From: Ostrea edulis
Taxonomy: Eukaryota
Direction of reading: 5' to 3'
Length of the DNA: 64,000 bases
Assembly: GCF_947568905.1 (NCBI RefSeq)
Contig: NC_079169.1
Coordinates: 4,774,001 to 4,838,000 of the forward strand
The first letter of the stretch is position 1, and each line of letters opens with the position of its first letter. Under the pieces are notes generated by a model. That model worked only from the letters and a program-made list of their open reading frames with translations, had not been told where the DNA came from and did no database searches. Position numbers and translations under genes: made by a program. Shown here piece by piece: positions 26,901 to 41,900 of the stretch.

Positions 26901-29900
26901 AGAATGAATACATTGCATGTCTTGTCTTTGTGAAATAGCTAAATGATTTTAAAATATAGTAAAATGTAAGAGATATTTTGAGTACGATTTTTCTGTGAGA
27001 GTAACTTGCTAATTGCGCCGTAAATTTCAGATCTGGCATGTGATTGTCAAAGCACCTAACATCTCAAAACATTCTTCAACAAATGTCAATATATCTTTTA
27101 CGAACAAAGGAACAAAATGCACTCCTAGTCTTGGAATGCAAAGAGAACCTCGCTCTTAGGGTCATATTGGAAAGGCGGGTGTCTGTCTGCTTCTGATGCC
27201 AGGGTTACGGGTAAGGAACCTACTTGTTAAATAGAATGGTGAAGCGATCAATCTCATAACACCTATAAAGGTGAAGAAAACGAAGAGCCATCAATTTCAT
27301 AACAGCTATAAAGGTGAAGATAACGAACAGTGATCAATCTCATAACACCTATAAAGGTGAAGATAACGAACAGTGATCAATCTCATAACACCTATAAAGG
27401 TGAAGATAACGAACAGTGATCAATCTCATAACACCTATAGAGGTGAAGACAACGAACACCGATCAAACTCATAACACTATAAAGAATACAAAATTAAGAA
27501 CGGACCTCTGGACATACCAGAGGTGGGATCAGGTGCCTAGGAGGAGTAAACATCCTCTGTTGACCGGTCACAAGTCTTAGGTAGACGCGGCCACCGAGAT
27601 CGAGAATCGTGCCCCTGAACCTTTCGATTGGATAGCGAGCGTCCTATCTATCAGGTCACCGCGATCGGTGGAATTCACGATGTATTATATGTAGATTTAA
27701 CCAAACTTGAGTTAGCATCAATGTCGCTGAAATACACCAACTGCAATCTTGCAATGGAGAAAAAAGTTGTTAGCATAATAAAATAGAAAGTGATGGTAAT
27801 TGAAAAGGCGGACAGAAGGAATACAATTTGCCGTGAATAGAGATCTCAAAAGGGAAGGAGACAGCTCCGGTTTCATTACTATGTTCGTGTACGAAATCCG
27901 GGTTATGATTCTGTGAATCCAAGCAATCCGTCAAAATCAAAGAAACAACTGTTCGTTATTGTCATTTTTTCATATACGAAAACGAAATTTTAGACAAAGA
28001 TATTCCGAATTGTAAGCGGCACTTGTAAGCTGAAGTGTATGAGGGATTTAATTTGCTCCCCAGAATACACAAACTCGAAAAGTCCGTCCTTCATGTCCTC
28101 TTACCACATACAGAACCAGTGTACATAGATAGATTAAAGATGCGAGGGATTTCATACTAAGAATCGACTCATTGATTTCATAAAATGTACGTGCTGCTTA
28201 GTTAGGATGTGATATGATTTTCATGAATTACTACATACTGTCAAGAAGGTCAATGGGACAGATTACTCCAAAATAGATTTTGATTGACATAGCATTTCTG
28301 ATCTTATTTTTAACCTTCCCAAGTTCTTACTTGAACAATCACTATTGCATTTAATTACAATCATTACAATTAATAGGCAAGGTTAATTATGTGGGTTTGT
28401 GTCTCACAAAAAAATCACCTATATTTTGGTTAAGTGATCAATCTTATAACTCCTGTAAGCAATACAAAATATGTAGTTGGGCACACACGGACCCCTGGAC
28501 ACACCAGAGGTGGGATCAGGTGCCTAGGAGGAGTAAGCATCCCCTTTCGATCGGTCACACCCGCCGTTATTACGTCTAATTTCAAAATATTTCAACAAAT
28601 TACTCATTTCGGAAAATGACAAAGATGATGAATTATTTGAAGAAATTGATGATTTTTGTGATAAAGGCATCTCTTTGTTCTACCTAATCACACACAATAC
28701 TGGTATATCTTCTCTGTACATTAACATTTTGGACAATATCGTATTCAAACGACGTCCATATGGCAGCAGATATTTATATTCAACACATTAACAGGATCCG
28801 ATATTTGCACAGAAAAGGTGCAGATATCCATTGGTTTGTGGGTGAACTCCTTAGAGATGTTTAGACAAATGACCAGACTGTCCGCTACAGAATATTGTCG
28901 CATTTCAAAATTCATTTGGAAAAAGAAAACACAGCATATTCAGAATTGTACCTGTTCGAGAAACGATGACATGAAATAGACCTTAGATTCTAAAGAAAGA
29001 GGACATGAGAAAAGAGTAACTTCCCTTGTTCTTGTCACTAACTATGACTCGTGCAGAAGGAACTTGATTAAAAGATTACTCAAATACAGCAACAGTATGA
29101 AACAGAAAGAAGTAAAGCAAAGTATTATTTTGAAATGCACCTGCTACTTTATAAAGGAGGCACGAAAATATCGAAGACATTATCATCATATCAAAGTTTT
29201 CAGTTCTCAGAGATTTGCTTACTGTCAAACTGAGACTGCTGAGAAACGAGCCTTATTGCAATGTGTACGGATTGCAACAAACTGCCACGAGATTTGATAT
29301 TCATGAAATTGGCTGGCATAATCCTAACATTGAAGGATCCAAATACTAGCAGTTCTCGCGGCATACCAGGATTTTAAGATTTCATCTCATTATAATACTT
29401 AGTTACAGTGACCCTTGTAGGTAATATTTGTAATGTGACATTTTTCATTTTGACCTTTGTTCCGTAACCTTTGTTGTACTGATCGTGGATTTCACACTAG
29501 AACGACAGACACGTAGTTCGTGACGTCAGAGCTTAAATCTGATGGTTGCTGGACTCGTTCATGCTCCTCCTACTTACAAATGTAGTACTCTTGGCGTACT
29601 TTTCAGTATTCGTGGTTCAAAAAGTAATGTTTATACTTACAAAGTGAGACCCGGACTAATACTGTATTTAGGAGGAAAATACTTATCGTGTAACCAATGG
29701 ATGGTATTTTGTGTATTAGATCATACAATTTCGTCGAAGAAACATGTATAGTTTGTCTAGAAATGAAACGGAAAGAAACATCAATCTATTGGATGTAAAT
29801 AATCAGTAGGAAAACTGGTCTGCAGTGATGCAATTGCAATTATATTCAACACATTCTAAACGCTGTATGTTTACAAGCGAAAATTTACGAGAAAATTTGT

Positions 29901-32900
29901 GTTTTCTTTTTTAAAGAGACACTACATCTCATTTTGCGCAAAAATCATGAAACAACAATTTTCCCAGCGCTTTCTCAATTTTTGTTGCATGGTTGAAAGT
30001 ATGAACTTTACGAAAATAACACTTATCTAAAGTTAAAAATTATCGTTTTAACGTAAAAATTAATACTTTTTGATGGCCTATACAAAAAATATCGAGTCTC
30101 CCCCTTTTAGTCTTCAGACGCATGCGCATAGACAGTAAACAGTGCATCATGTCGTCCAGTGAGAGAAAGTGTAGTTGATAGATCTAGAATTTTGACAGAT
30201 TCTGTGAGAAAAGAGGTAAAAATAGAATGAGATAAAACTCATGCGTGAAATAAAATTTACCTAGAGATCAGTATGACCGTTGGAAAACAGAGAGCTCAGA
30301 GAAACGCATGTAACTCAGTGGTGGATCTAGGATTTCCGAAGAGGGTGTGAAAGTCAGAGATTAGCCAAAGTAATCGGCCATTCGGGTGCAAAATTTGGAT
30401 TTTCATTCACAATCTGTGGCGTAAAAAGGGAGGGGGGGGATACTGGCCCCCTAAATCTGCCATTGAGACTAGCTGCGAAGACACTACGTTTGAAAGTAAG
30501 TGCTATTTTTATCTGAACACGACACGTGCTAGTTGTAAAAATAATCGGTCAATGGGAACATGGAAGGGTTTCTGTTGAAATAATGATTTATAATTAGCTA
30601 TTATAAGGAGCAGGGAATAATCTTATGTACTTGAAAGGTGAGTGTGGACCCCCTTGAAGGGGAATTTAGATAATTTCCTACACAACACCTTTGCTGTCAT
30701 TCAAAACCACGTGATGTAAATAAGCATTCAAAAGTCCGAGTCAGCATGAAGAAATCTTTGAATTCCGAACGATCTTCAAAGCGCAGTTGAGAGTAAATTG
30801 ATGCATCCCAATAGGTCAAAATTGTCAGTATCGATGTGAATTTTATCATTTTATCAATATATGGTTTAAAAAACACTTCATTAAAACGTGGAAAATGAGC
30901 TCTAGTGTCTCTTTAATGATATCATTCAGAATGATTTGTAATGTACTATATTTTGTGGCGTATGCACTGAAGAATCTCTTTTCATTTTATTTGTCTTGGT
31001 TATATGGGATTGGAAAGCTACATGTACATGTGTACATCCTTCTTTAATGACAGGAAAGAAAAACATTTTCTGTCCGAAAAATGAAAAATATTGTTATTAA
31101 ATATGTTATATAAATTGTTGACAACATGAATATTAATTGGATTATTATAAGCCCGTCGAAAACGGGACGTATTATGGTATGGCGTCGTCCGTCTGTCCGG
31201 ACCACATGAGCAGGATACAGACCGAGCCATAAGCTCCAGGATCTAACAACTTATTACATTATATCATGATGAGACGAATATGCTTATTGTTTTTCAAGAG
31301 CAAAGGTCAAGGTCATAGTATCACTTAGTAGGAAAACCTAATAGGAAACCCTGTGGACAGGATACAAACCTAACCGTAATCTCCAGGATCGCGTTTTACA
31401 AAAGAACTTACGACAAACCTTACATACTGGAATTTTTCAGTTTATTTTAAGATCATTCACTCCAAATAAAAATATTTTGTTAAAATGTTCCAAATTAAGT
31501 CTCAGAAAAGTTTAAATTCATTTATTTAAAGTAATAACTGTGTAACACAATTTAAGACTTGCGACTTTGTCGTGATTTGTTTTGTAAAACGGGCCACAGA
31601 TATTGCAATTTGATCACAATGATAAGAAAAAGGTGCCTAAATTTTTTCAAGGTTATAGGTCAAAGGTCAAGATCGCAGTATCACTTGGTAGGAAAACATT
31701 GTAGTCAGGATACAAAGCGAACCATAAGGTCCAGGATATTGCAACTTAATCATTTGATCACCATGATGAAAAGAAGATGCCTATTGTTTTTCAAGGTCAA
31801 AGGTCAAGGTCGCAGCATTACTCAGTAGGAAAACATTGTAGTCAAGATGCAAACCGAACCATACGCTCCAAGATATTGCAACTTGGTACATTTGATCACC
31901 ATAATGAGAGGAAGAATTTCTATTATTTTACAAGGTCAAGGTCGCATTATCACTTAGTAGGAAAACCTTGTAGGCAGTATGCAGATCGAACTGTCGGGGC
32001 TAGGACCGTCAAACTTGGTACACATACACTTTATACCACGTGAAAGATGCCCATCGTTTCTCAAGATGAAGGTCTTACATGTTGTAGCATGATACAGATC
32101 AAACCCATACATCGTATGCAAGTGAAAATATCACATAGAGAATACATGACTTGTCTGTTTTTACGCTGCAAAGAAAGTATGTCACACCCTGATGATTGCA
32201 GATACTACTTGAAGCCAAGTTCTACAAATCATATGGTGTAAGAAAAACACCCTATATAAAATTTTCATGGGCGTATTATGTACCGTTGGCGTACTCTTGT
32301 CTTTCATGTTAAACAAAGGTTGAAAGATAAGTTTATTCAATACTGGGAATGTAACGAATCTTCTAAAGGCATAACTTGCAGACTTTCTGCAAATCTTACT
32401 TTTGAATGTCAAGAATATTTATTGTCAAATATTTCAATACACAAACAACGTATATTAACCAGATTTAAAACTGTAAATCTTAAATTGCTCATAGAAACGG
32501 GAAAGTGGCTAGATATAGATCGAAATCAAAGAAAATGTAATATTTGCAGCTCTGATATTGGAGATGAGATGCATTATATTTTTATTTGTCCTGCTTTGAA
32601 TGATATTAGGCGACATTATATAACAGAAATATTTCATACTAGACCTAATGTTATCAAATTTCATAATCTCTTTACATCCAAAAATGAAAAATTACTTTTG
32701 AAATTGTATAAATACATACAATTAATTACTGAGAGAGTAAACCCTCCGGGTTAAAAGTACATATAGTCTATTGTTGCATTTATTCATTATCAAGACTGTG
32801 ACACATATTTATATGAATTACTTGTGCATGCGTGAATATTGTTTTTGAAGGCTTGTTTATTATATTTTCTATGTTGTGTTAAAAGCGAATGAGAAAAATA

Positions 32901-35900
32901 AAAACTTGAAGATAACATGGTTTAAGCAAGACTCCTGAGCAAAGATGTGACCATAAGATTCTATTCCCCCCCCCCCCCCCCATAAAATGATTTGTAATGA
33001 ACAAAAGATCCATAATCGAATGTATGCAAATATTGCAAGTTATAAAGATATCTTTCAACTGATCACGAAACGGAAGGTTTACAATTTGAAAGAATGGTGT
33101 TAAAAAGAAGCTCGAAAACTCGGTCTTAATTTTCCCATCCTCATAGATGTATTTCTAATAATAATGAAGAATTGCATGCATCTTTTTCACTTGAATAAAC
33201 AGAAATCTGAGACCGCTTCATCTTAAAACATCCTGTACATTTAGATAGCGTGTGGTTCATTAGATTCTTGGTTGAAAAATGGGACTATCCATGCAGAAAA
33301 TATAGCAATATAGGGGTTTTATTCCAATACGTTTAACCCTGTGAAACATACTACGATTAACCACAGTTTATATTATAGTCTCACATCTCTGCAGAGAACT
33401 GTTAACTCTTAATAAGATTGTCCAAAAGACTAACGAATATAATATATTTCATTCGTGGCTGAGTCTTGTGAAGTTTGTTTTTATCTCATCCTTATCCTCA
33501 TTTAATTTCAGGTGTACAATCAAGAATAAACTTCTTCCTGAACTTTCCCTCACTGGTATATGCAAATGACGTTATTTGAAATATCAAAGAACATCCCATA
33601 CACAGACGTAAAATTGTCAATACGGTCGTTAAAATAGTCATCTTTTCAATACGGTCGTTAAAATAGTCACCATCTTTTCAACAAACGAAGTTGTCATTGT
33701 CCTTTATCTTAAAGTCCATATCGATGTAAACGTTACCAGCATTTTCAAAATATTTCTTATATAATATGTATATTTCTTGAAAAATGATTCCTTTTTTCAA
33801 AGAAATATTTTGGTGTCTTGTAAATCGATTCTTAGATTTAGAATGGCTACATGTAATTAAGTTTTGCAGTCTTAAATGATACTTTTAACATTCTCTATTT
33901 GAGTCTAAAATTTCATATCAAGCAATATTAAGTAACAATTTAGCGGAAATTTATTCAGAATATTTCACCAACAGCTGGTGACGTCTCAATGTCGGTGATT
34001 TTTTTTTCGAATTGTACGTAAAACGAACTTTATGTATGTGTGAAACATATTTACCCATATTTAACAGGTCACGTTGACAAAAATACCAACGATAGTACAA
34101 AAAGGAGCAAGATGAAATTATACCACGCAATAAATCGATTATTTTAGTAGACCGAAATTGACAGTGTTTTCCGGTAAAAAATGTTGAACAAAGACTGTCT
34201 ATATCCATTGAAAACAGTGATTACAGCCATGTATATTAGAATTAGAAATCACGAAATATATATCGGAACTAGTGGTATTTCAAATTTTTCTATCAAGAGG
34301 TGTAGTGAAATTGCTTGGAACGCTGGACGACATAATTACCGGATTCTGGATTGATATCAAAAGCCTGATAAAACCCGCGATGCACTAACCTCTCTTGTTT
34401 TATGATATCGATCTCTAGATGAGAAAAACGATAAAGAGTGTGTGTCTGATATTTTAAAGTGCAAAGATTGCATTACGAAAATACATCATAAGTGACTGTG
34501 AAGTAAACAAACAGCTGGACAAGAAAGGTGCTGAATCGTGTACATAGTCATTTTCGCTTTGAGTCCTCAATAGTAAAGCAAAAAATGTTTAGTCAGAAAC
34601 GAACTGGGAGGAAACCGCGTGCGTGGAGGATCGCTCCCAGAATCTTAAGAAGTCCGAGTTTAAATGAACGCCTACCTAGAGGAGAAATTTGTCGGCATAG
34701 TTTGATTTTCGATTTCATTACCATGTTCTGGATTCTGTACTTACTACCCTCGTTTTCATGTTTAAATTTCAACCAATCATTGTCATGCATATTTTACTAC
34801 ATGTGTAACCAATCTGAATAAAAATATTTGTCATCCTGACATTTTTAAAAAAAAAAATTACACTACAGATATCCATCGTGTTTGCATATTTACTACGAGC
34901 CAGTCTGATTGTCATGTTAGCAAATCTACACTTATTTCATTTTCATCAGATATACTATCACTGAAAGGTGAAGATACCGAACAGTGATTAATCTCATAAT
35001 TCCTACAAGCAATACAAAATAGACAGTTGGACAAACACGGACCCCTGGACACACCAGAGGTGGGTTCAGGTACCTAGGAGGAATAAGCATACCCTGCCGA
35101 CCGGTCACATCCGCTGTGAGCCCTATATTCTTGATCAGGTAAACAGGGTTATCCGTAGTCAAAATCAGTGTGCCAAGAACGGCCTAACAATCGGTATGAA
35201 ACGCGTCAGACAGTATTTGACCCAATGATAGGTTTTGTCACTGTGTTATCTTCATAGTTCTGTATCAATGAAAAAAACTACGTGTTGACAGTTTCATATT
35301 TACTACAGAACTCTTCTATTGCTAATGTAAGACTGCCAACATGAAATATCATGTTATTGACATACAAAACTATCAAGATGACACGCAGTAAATACAAGGC
35401 TTTCAGGATTTCACAGGAAATACAAAACTGCACGCATCACTATGTCATGTTCGTAGTTTGGTATTAATTACTAAGTTAATTTATTATATTAATTATTTTG
35501 CATCATTATATTTCATGTCAGTGTTTTAACTAACTGTCATGCTGTTAGTTTTTTTTAAAATTTATTGTACAACTATCAGTTCTGTTGACACTTTACGTTA
35601 AGTTCTAAATTGAGGCAGGCTACACAAACTAGTTGATGTTACAGGGGGTTAAACAGATCGGTATGAAGCCAGCATGTCGCAAATTCTATGGTAGTTATAT
35701 CGATCTAATTTACAAATACAGCCTGTCATAATGTCGAATGCTTTCTGGTTCGTTTTATACCAATTGTTAAATAGTTCATTACATAGTACTATATTTGATC
35801 AACGATTACTCCTTTTACTTGATCATGGTAGAGTGGGTTCACGGCGGGTGTGATCGGGCAACAGCAAATGCTTACTCCTCCTAGGCACCTGATTCCATCT

Positions 35901-38900
35901 CTGGTGTGTCCAGGGGTCTGTGTTTGTCGTACTCTGAATTTTGTATCTTTATATAGGCTTTATGAGATCGATAACAGTTCGTTATCTTCACTTTTCATTG
36001 TACAACTATCTGTCATTATGACAGGGTTTTTAAAAACTTCATTATACAGCTCTCTGTCATGTTTTTGTTGTTTTTTTGTTTATTTAATGATTTAGAATAA
36101 TGTGTCATATTGGAAGTTGTTGTTAATTATTATACAGCTATCTGCCATGTTGACAGGTTTTTATTACAGGAATATCTCTCGTGATGAAGGTTGTTTTTTT
36201 TTAATGATATAAGCGCCGAGCATAGGTCTAAATTTGTAGTCCTTCATCGCCAATAGTGGCGTTTTCATATGAGTGAAAAAGTCTCGAGTAGGACGTTAAA
36301 CAATATACAATCGATTAATATACCGACTTCATACAAATCCGGACATCTTCTCTCAGCATCGCAAATTATAAGATGAATGTTGCAATCCTGAAAGTGTTAT
36401 TGAAATCAGAACTCATGGGATTTTAAATTTCTATTTCATTATTAGATTTTACCTTTTATTTTTTATATTCAACCTAGAATGCTAGTAGAAACCAAGATCT
36501 TAGGGTTAGGCAAGTATCTTATCCTTGCGAATGCATTAGAGTGCAAAACAAACACTAGTTTAAAATGAAAATACCACTATCTCTTTCAGTAACCTTGACT
36601 TTGTTTTTGAAAACCAAGATCATTATGCAAGGTTTCATTTCTAAGTCTGACACAAATTCAATAAGAAATCATGAAAATGCAACTTAAATATCTCGATCAC
36701 AAAGAATTTCGAAACATCCCTTACAGAGACCATAATGTTTTACATTTAACCTTGACAACCAATAGGAAGTGATATTTCTATTGTAAATACTACACCTACA
36801 TGTAGATGTGCACGTTATAGGAAGTGATATTTCTATTGTAAATACTACACCTACATGTAGATGTGAAGTGATATTTTTATTGTAAATACTACACCTACAT
36901 GTAGATGTGCACGTTATAGGAAGTGATATTTTTATTGTATATACTACACCTACATGTAGATGGGAAGTGATATTTTTATTGTAAATACTATACCTACATG
37001 TAGATGTGCACGTTATATGAAGTGATATTTTTATTGTAAATACTACACCTACATGTAGATGGGAAGTGATATTTTTATTGTAAATACTACACCTACATGT
37101 AGATGTGCACGTTTGAAGACAAAACGTACAACAACTTTCAGAACCCCCTTTCCTTTCAGTGACCTTGACATTTGACAGTCAACTTTGAAAACCAATAGCA
37201 ACCAAGTCCGATGCACAAGGAACCAATTTCCCAAAGTTTGACAAAAAGTGGGTAAGAATAGCAACTTGGACCTTATCCAGAAGCAAATTTGAAAATCTTT
37301 TACAACGTACCTGACTTTTCACCTGTTATTTTCTTGCATTTAGAACAATGTTCATTTCGCTGACAACGAAGCCAAACTGACTGGATAACATGATTTTATT
37401 TTGCCAAGCCAAATTTGAGGATTTGTTTTGTCTGAAACTTGTATTTTAAAGATCATTCAATAATTATTCATCCGTTTTAATTACACAAGCTTGTGGTTAG
37501 TCATTTTGTTATGGTCGCGGTTTTTTAACGCTTTAACACCACAATACCTATTGGGTTCAATGGCGTTTGCGACAAAACTAAAATAATCATTGAATTGTCA
37601 CCTATAGCCTTGAAAAATGAAAACCAATTATTGCAACCAAAGATTTATAGAAGGTAGTTTATAAAATTAAATGGCATTTGTATCTTAAGTTCCGAGGAAA
37701 TTGAAAAAAAAAACAAATCCCATAAAATATCAGTAAGTAACACGTAGTGGATTCGAAATCTGTTGGAGGAATTAGGGAATTCCCAACTCACCATCAGTAA
37801 CGTTGTGGTGGCAAATCATATCAGACTCGTGAAAGGCCAGACCAAAGTCGATGGTCAAAAACGCATACTCCCCATTCAGTAAGCCTAGGTCATTCGCAGC
37901 ACACATAATTCCTATGATATCACGTGGGTAAGCGTATATCAGGAACACTGAAAAATAACAGAAGTTGTATGGAAATAACTGGGGGGAAATCTCAGAGAAG
38001 TGTGAACTAGAATGAGACATTGTCAAAATAATCAGACACGTGCACAGAATACAGCCTGGTTGTTAAAGTTTTAAGACAGTCAAATACTATGAAAAGGTTA
38101 TTTATTTCAATATAAAAAAGGGGGGAAGAAGTAGAGCATTCTAGAAAGCTAAAACAAACCACGCAACTCGCCAATTGTTAACTTGAAATTTTCCGGTTCT
38201 TAATAAGGAATAATATAAAGAAAACATTATTAAACTTTAACGTGCATTATTCAACTTGTATACACACTGATGCAATAAAATGGTAAATTTTGATAGAGTA
38301 TATGAGAGAACGTACCCCTTGTTGTGTGTGCTTCGGTTTTCAGATGGTGTTTAAGGTAGATTGGATCGTTGTACACGGATAATATGTTAACGTCAAATCC
38401 TTGCTGTTCAAGATATACCTGCAATGTAGCATTTCGATTAAATTCTGCAAGAGAAATATTCATACTAACCACAAGATAAATTCTCTTTTAAAATCATGAG
38501 TATCAACTACGCAGTCCTGCTTAGATTTCCAGAAATTAAAACACAGTATTAAACACTTTAAAACCTTAAAAACTGCGCATGGAAGTGGGACGGTCACGTG
38601 TTCACAACCTGTGACGCCTGAAGGTTTCTCAGTGCATATAGACCTGACCACTCCCGAACCACTTCATACCTCAGTGAAGTTTAAAAAAAAAAATAGTTAT
38701 GTACGCATTTAAGACAACCTGGCGATTAAAAAAAAAAGATACTAACAACCCGCCATAAACCATGACAAAACCGTGACCTACAATTAATATTGCCATTAAG
38801 GAATTTTTGACTGAGAAAGCATGTTTATATCCAAGCGTCGATGTGGAAGAAATGAAATGGGTCTAAATCAAAGTTTTGAACGTTGCGGAATTTTTAATGA

Positions 38901-41900
38901 GTCGCAGATCCAACTTGTTTGACAAACAGTCACTACATTTTCCGTTCAAATGAAGACTCTCATAACGTAATTTTTTATCTTCCCATATTGAAGGGTTCAT
39001 ATAGTCTGTTTTTTCTTTATTGGTATGGGCAGCGATATGACTAATAAAGAAAAACAAACTATAGGAACTCTTGAATATCAGGAAACAAACAATTACGTCA
39101 TGAGTCTTCATTGGAAAGGAATATGTTTTTATTTTGCGATTTACATACCTAAAAGGTAAGCAATACAGCATTAACGGGGCATGGACACGATTGAGCTGAA
39201 CATTTTATTTTTCCATTTTTATTGTTTACAAAGCTTAACTAAAGTGTTTCTAATGGTCAACCAAAATTTTGATATTAATTTTTGAATTACAAGTAAGATA
39301 CAGCACTCACAATTCTTTCTTATGTAAACAAGGCTCGTGCTATGTTTTTGATTACATATAGATTGCTTAATAGAAAATAGCATGTGTAAAACAAAATGGT
39401 TTGTGCTAAACACTAGAAATTGTTTAATTGTGTTCAGAATCAACCTGTTAATTGAAAATTCTGCTTTAAACAAACTTTACGAGCATATCTAACATACGTA
39501 AACAATAACAAAGAATTGTGAACTCTGCATCTCCAATATACCTCGACAACTGACATTCAAATTTTTGCTGATCATTAGAAATGCCTTAGTTAAGCATTCT
39601 AAACATTAAAAATGAAAAAATAAAATTTGAAAATTTTCAGCTTAAATCGTGTCCATGCCAGTTTAATAGTGATTGAGTTCATACCTCATACCGTGAGAGT
39701 TTTTCTTACTCGATTGAATACAATGTTTAACACGCAAGGATATACATGTATATACTACTGTGTTCATGTAATGGAAATCATCTAATGAAAACACTTGAGT
39801 GCAATGAAATTATCATTGCTCGATCATAGCCCGCATTTAATATAAATCGCATCAGAACCAGGACTCCAATCGTCTGATCTATATTTTAAATATCTACATT
39901 CTTGTTATGTAAAGAGCATACAGTATATATCTTTTATAGAGTTTGCTTACTTGGGGTAGACGGATTTGCACTAATAACTGTTTAACATGATGGAAATTTG
40001 GATTGTCATCTCACAGCTAGGCTGTTTCTTACAGTAAGCAACTTTTTTTTTCAATGTCTTAATAACATCATGAAATCGCCAATCGATTATTCAAGAATTA
40101 AAGTTTAATTTTGAAAATATATAAGGGCATAAACTGTGGCGCTTTAGGCCTGCATATTTCACGCAGCGATTTATGAAAAAATATTCCGGCGTGAAGCGTT
40201 AAAGTCCATACCCTCATGTGTTTTCAAAAATGAAATTTATTCTCTTTTTATTTTCATATTCTACTTCCAATTTTGTCGGAATTCCCAGCCGTACTATATT
40301 TTTCAAAATTCATACGCACATTGTTCACATTTGCTTAATACAGTTTTCAAGGTATCAAAGGCAAAGACTTCCCAAATGTATAATGGAATTAGTTTGATTT
40401 TATTCTACCGCACTCAACCTACATTATGTACAAGTTTCTGGAAGGCATGGACTTGGTCGGCCAGAGATGTCTTGAAGAGAACTGACGGAGAGATATCGCA
40501 GTGAGTGGAAGCTCTCTACTACCGACCCTCGTGATCGGAAATATAGAGATCTGAGGTGAGCTAGTCAACTATCTGGAAGGGGGGGGGGGGGGGTCACTAG
40601 TGTGGACAATACCCGTACACCTGCACGTAGATTACAAGGAACCGATCGACGATTTACCCTTTGTTTTCTTTTTATATTTTTTTTTTAAACATACACACAG
40701 TATATATATACATACATTCTGCAAAGAAACTTGTACAAAATGTTTATAAGAACTATCAAAGGTATATGTATATATTATTTTCTGAGAGAGAGAGAGAGAT
40801 GAGTTCAGTCATTATTTAATATATTTTAAAAGGGTACATATATATTGAAATTTATAAAAAAGATAATTTTCAAACAAAAAACAAAAAAAATAAACAACAA
40901 CGATTTACCCTTTGTTATTTCCCTAGTTTGGAATTGTCATTTCTCTAATATAAAAAAGATCCTAAGATATCGAACCAGTTGACGAACGAATTGTTGCACC
41001 AACAATTCACATACTACTTTCGGGATAAGGTATTTAATAAAATAAAAACTGAATTATTATGATGATGTTTTTAATTATTTCAATCTCTTCCCTTTCAGTG
41101 ATATTTTTCTCGTCACTTAAAGTATATCAATATATGAGGCAGATACTAAAGAAAAACTCGTAAACCTTTCAAAAATCGGGCATATTTAGGCGTTGAACTC
41201 TTGTACCTACTGTGAATGGAACCCCAGCACCAGTCTAGGGATTCTTAGAAAGAAATTCTTATTATGATAGGCTGGCTATCCGTTACATGGATAAAGGAGA
41301 CGTTATTGAACATTTCATTGAAAAATGAAGTTATGTTGTTTTGGTATGTTTAGCAAAGGAATACCATCAATGCATACACTTAATTAAGAAATAAATTTAA
41401 AAAAAATTAAATGCATGGTTGTAAACTACAACGCTTAACGTCGGTGTACATTTCATAGAGTGCGTACCGAAAAACCTAAGTATAATTTATTTCTTATACT
41501 CACATTATACCTTTATTTCCGGCGGAATTCCCAGTTGTTAGAATTTATCAGTACTCGCACACGCATTGTTTACAACCGCATTGCTTTCACATTACAATTT
41601 TTAAAAAGACCAAAAGCAAAAACTTTGGAAATATGAAACGTAAATTACTTTATATATGTGTGTGTAATATCTCAAAAGATGAATGAAGAAATCGGCACAG
41701 ATGTTAAATAATTTAAAACAATAAAATCCAAAATTAGCACATAATAGTCAGCGATCAGTTCCTAATAGTACTTCAGCTATATTGTAGGCATGTAACTATG
41801 AAACGTTCAAAGACAAACTACCTAAAGAGCCGTAAAGGCGAACACACTTGCAGGAACTGATCGTTGATTATTATGTGATAATTTTGAATTTTATCCTTTT

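Noticed and set aside
33512-33556. Plus-strand AG...GT-bounded 45-nt segment suggesting a nested antisense gene
   Set aside because: No partner exons or recognisable protein found
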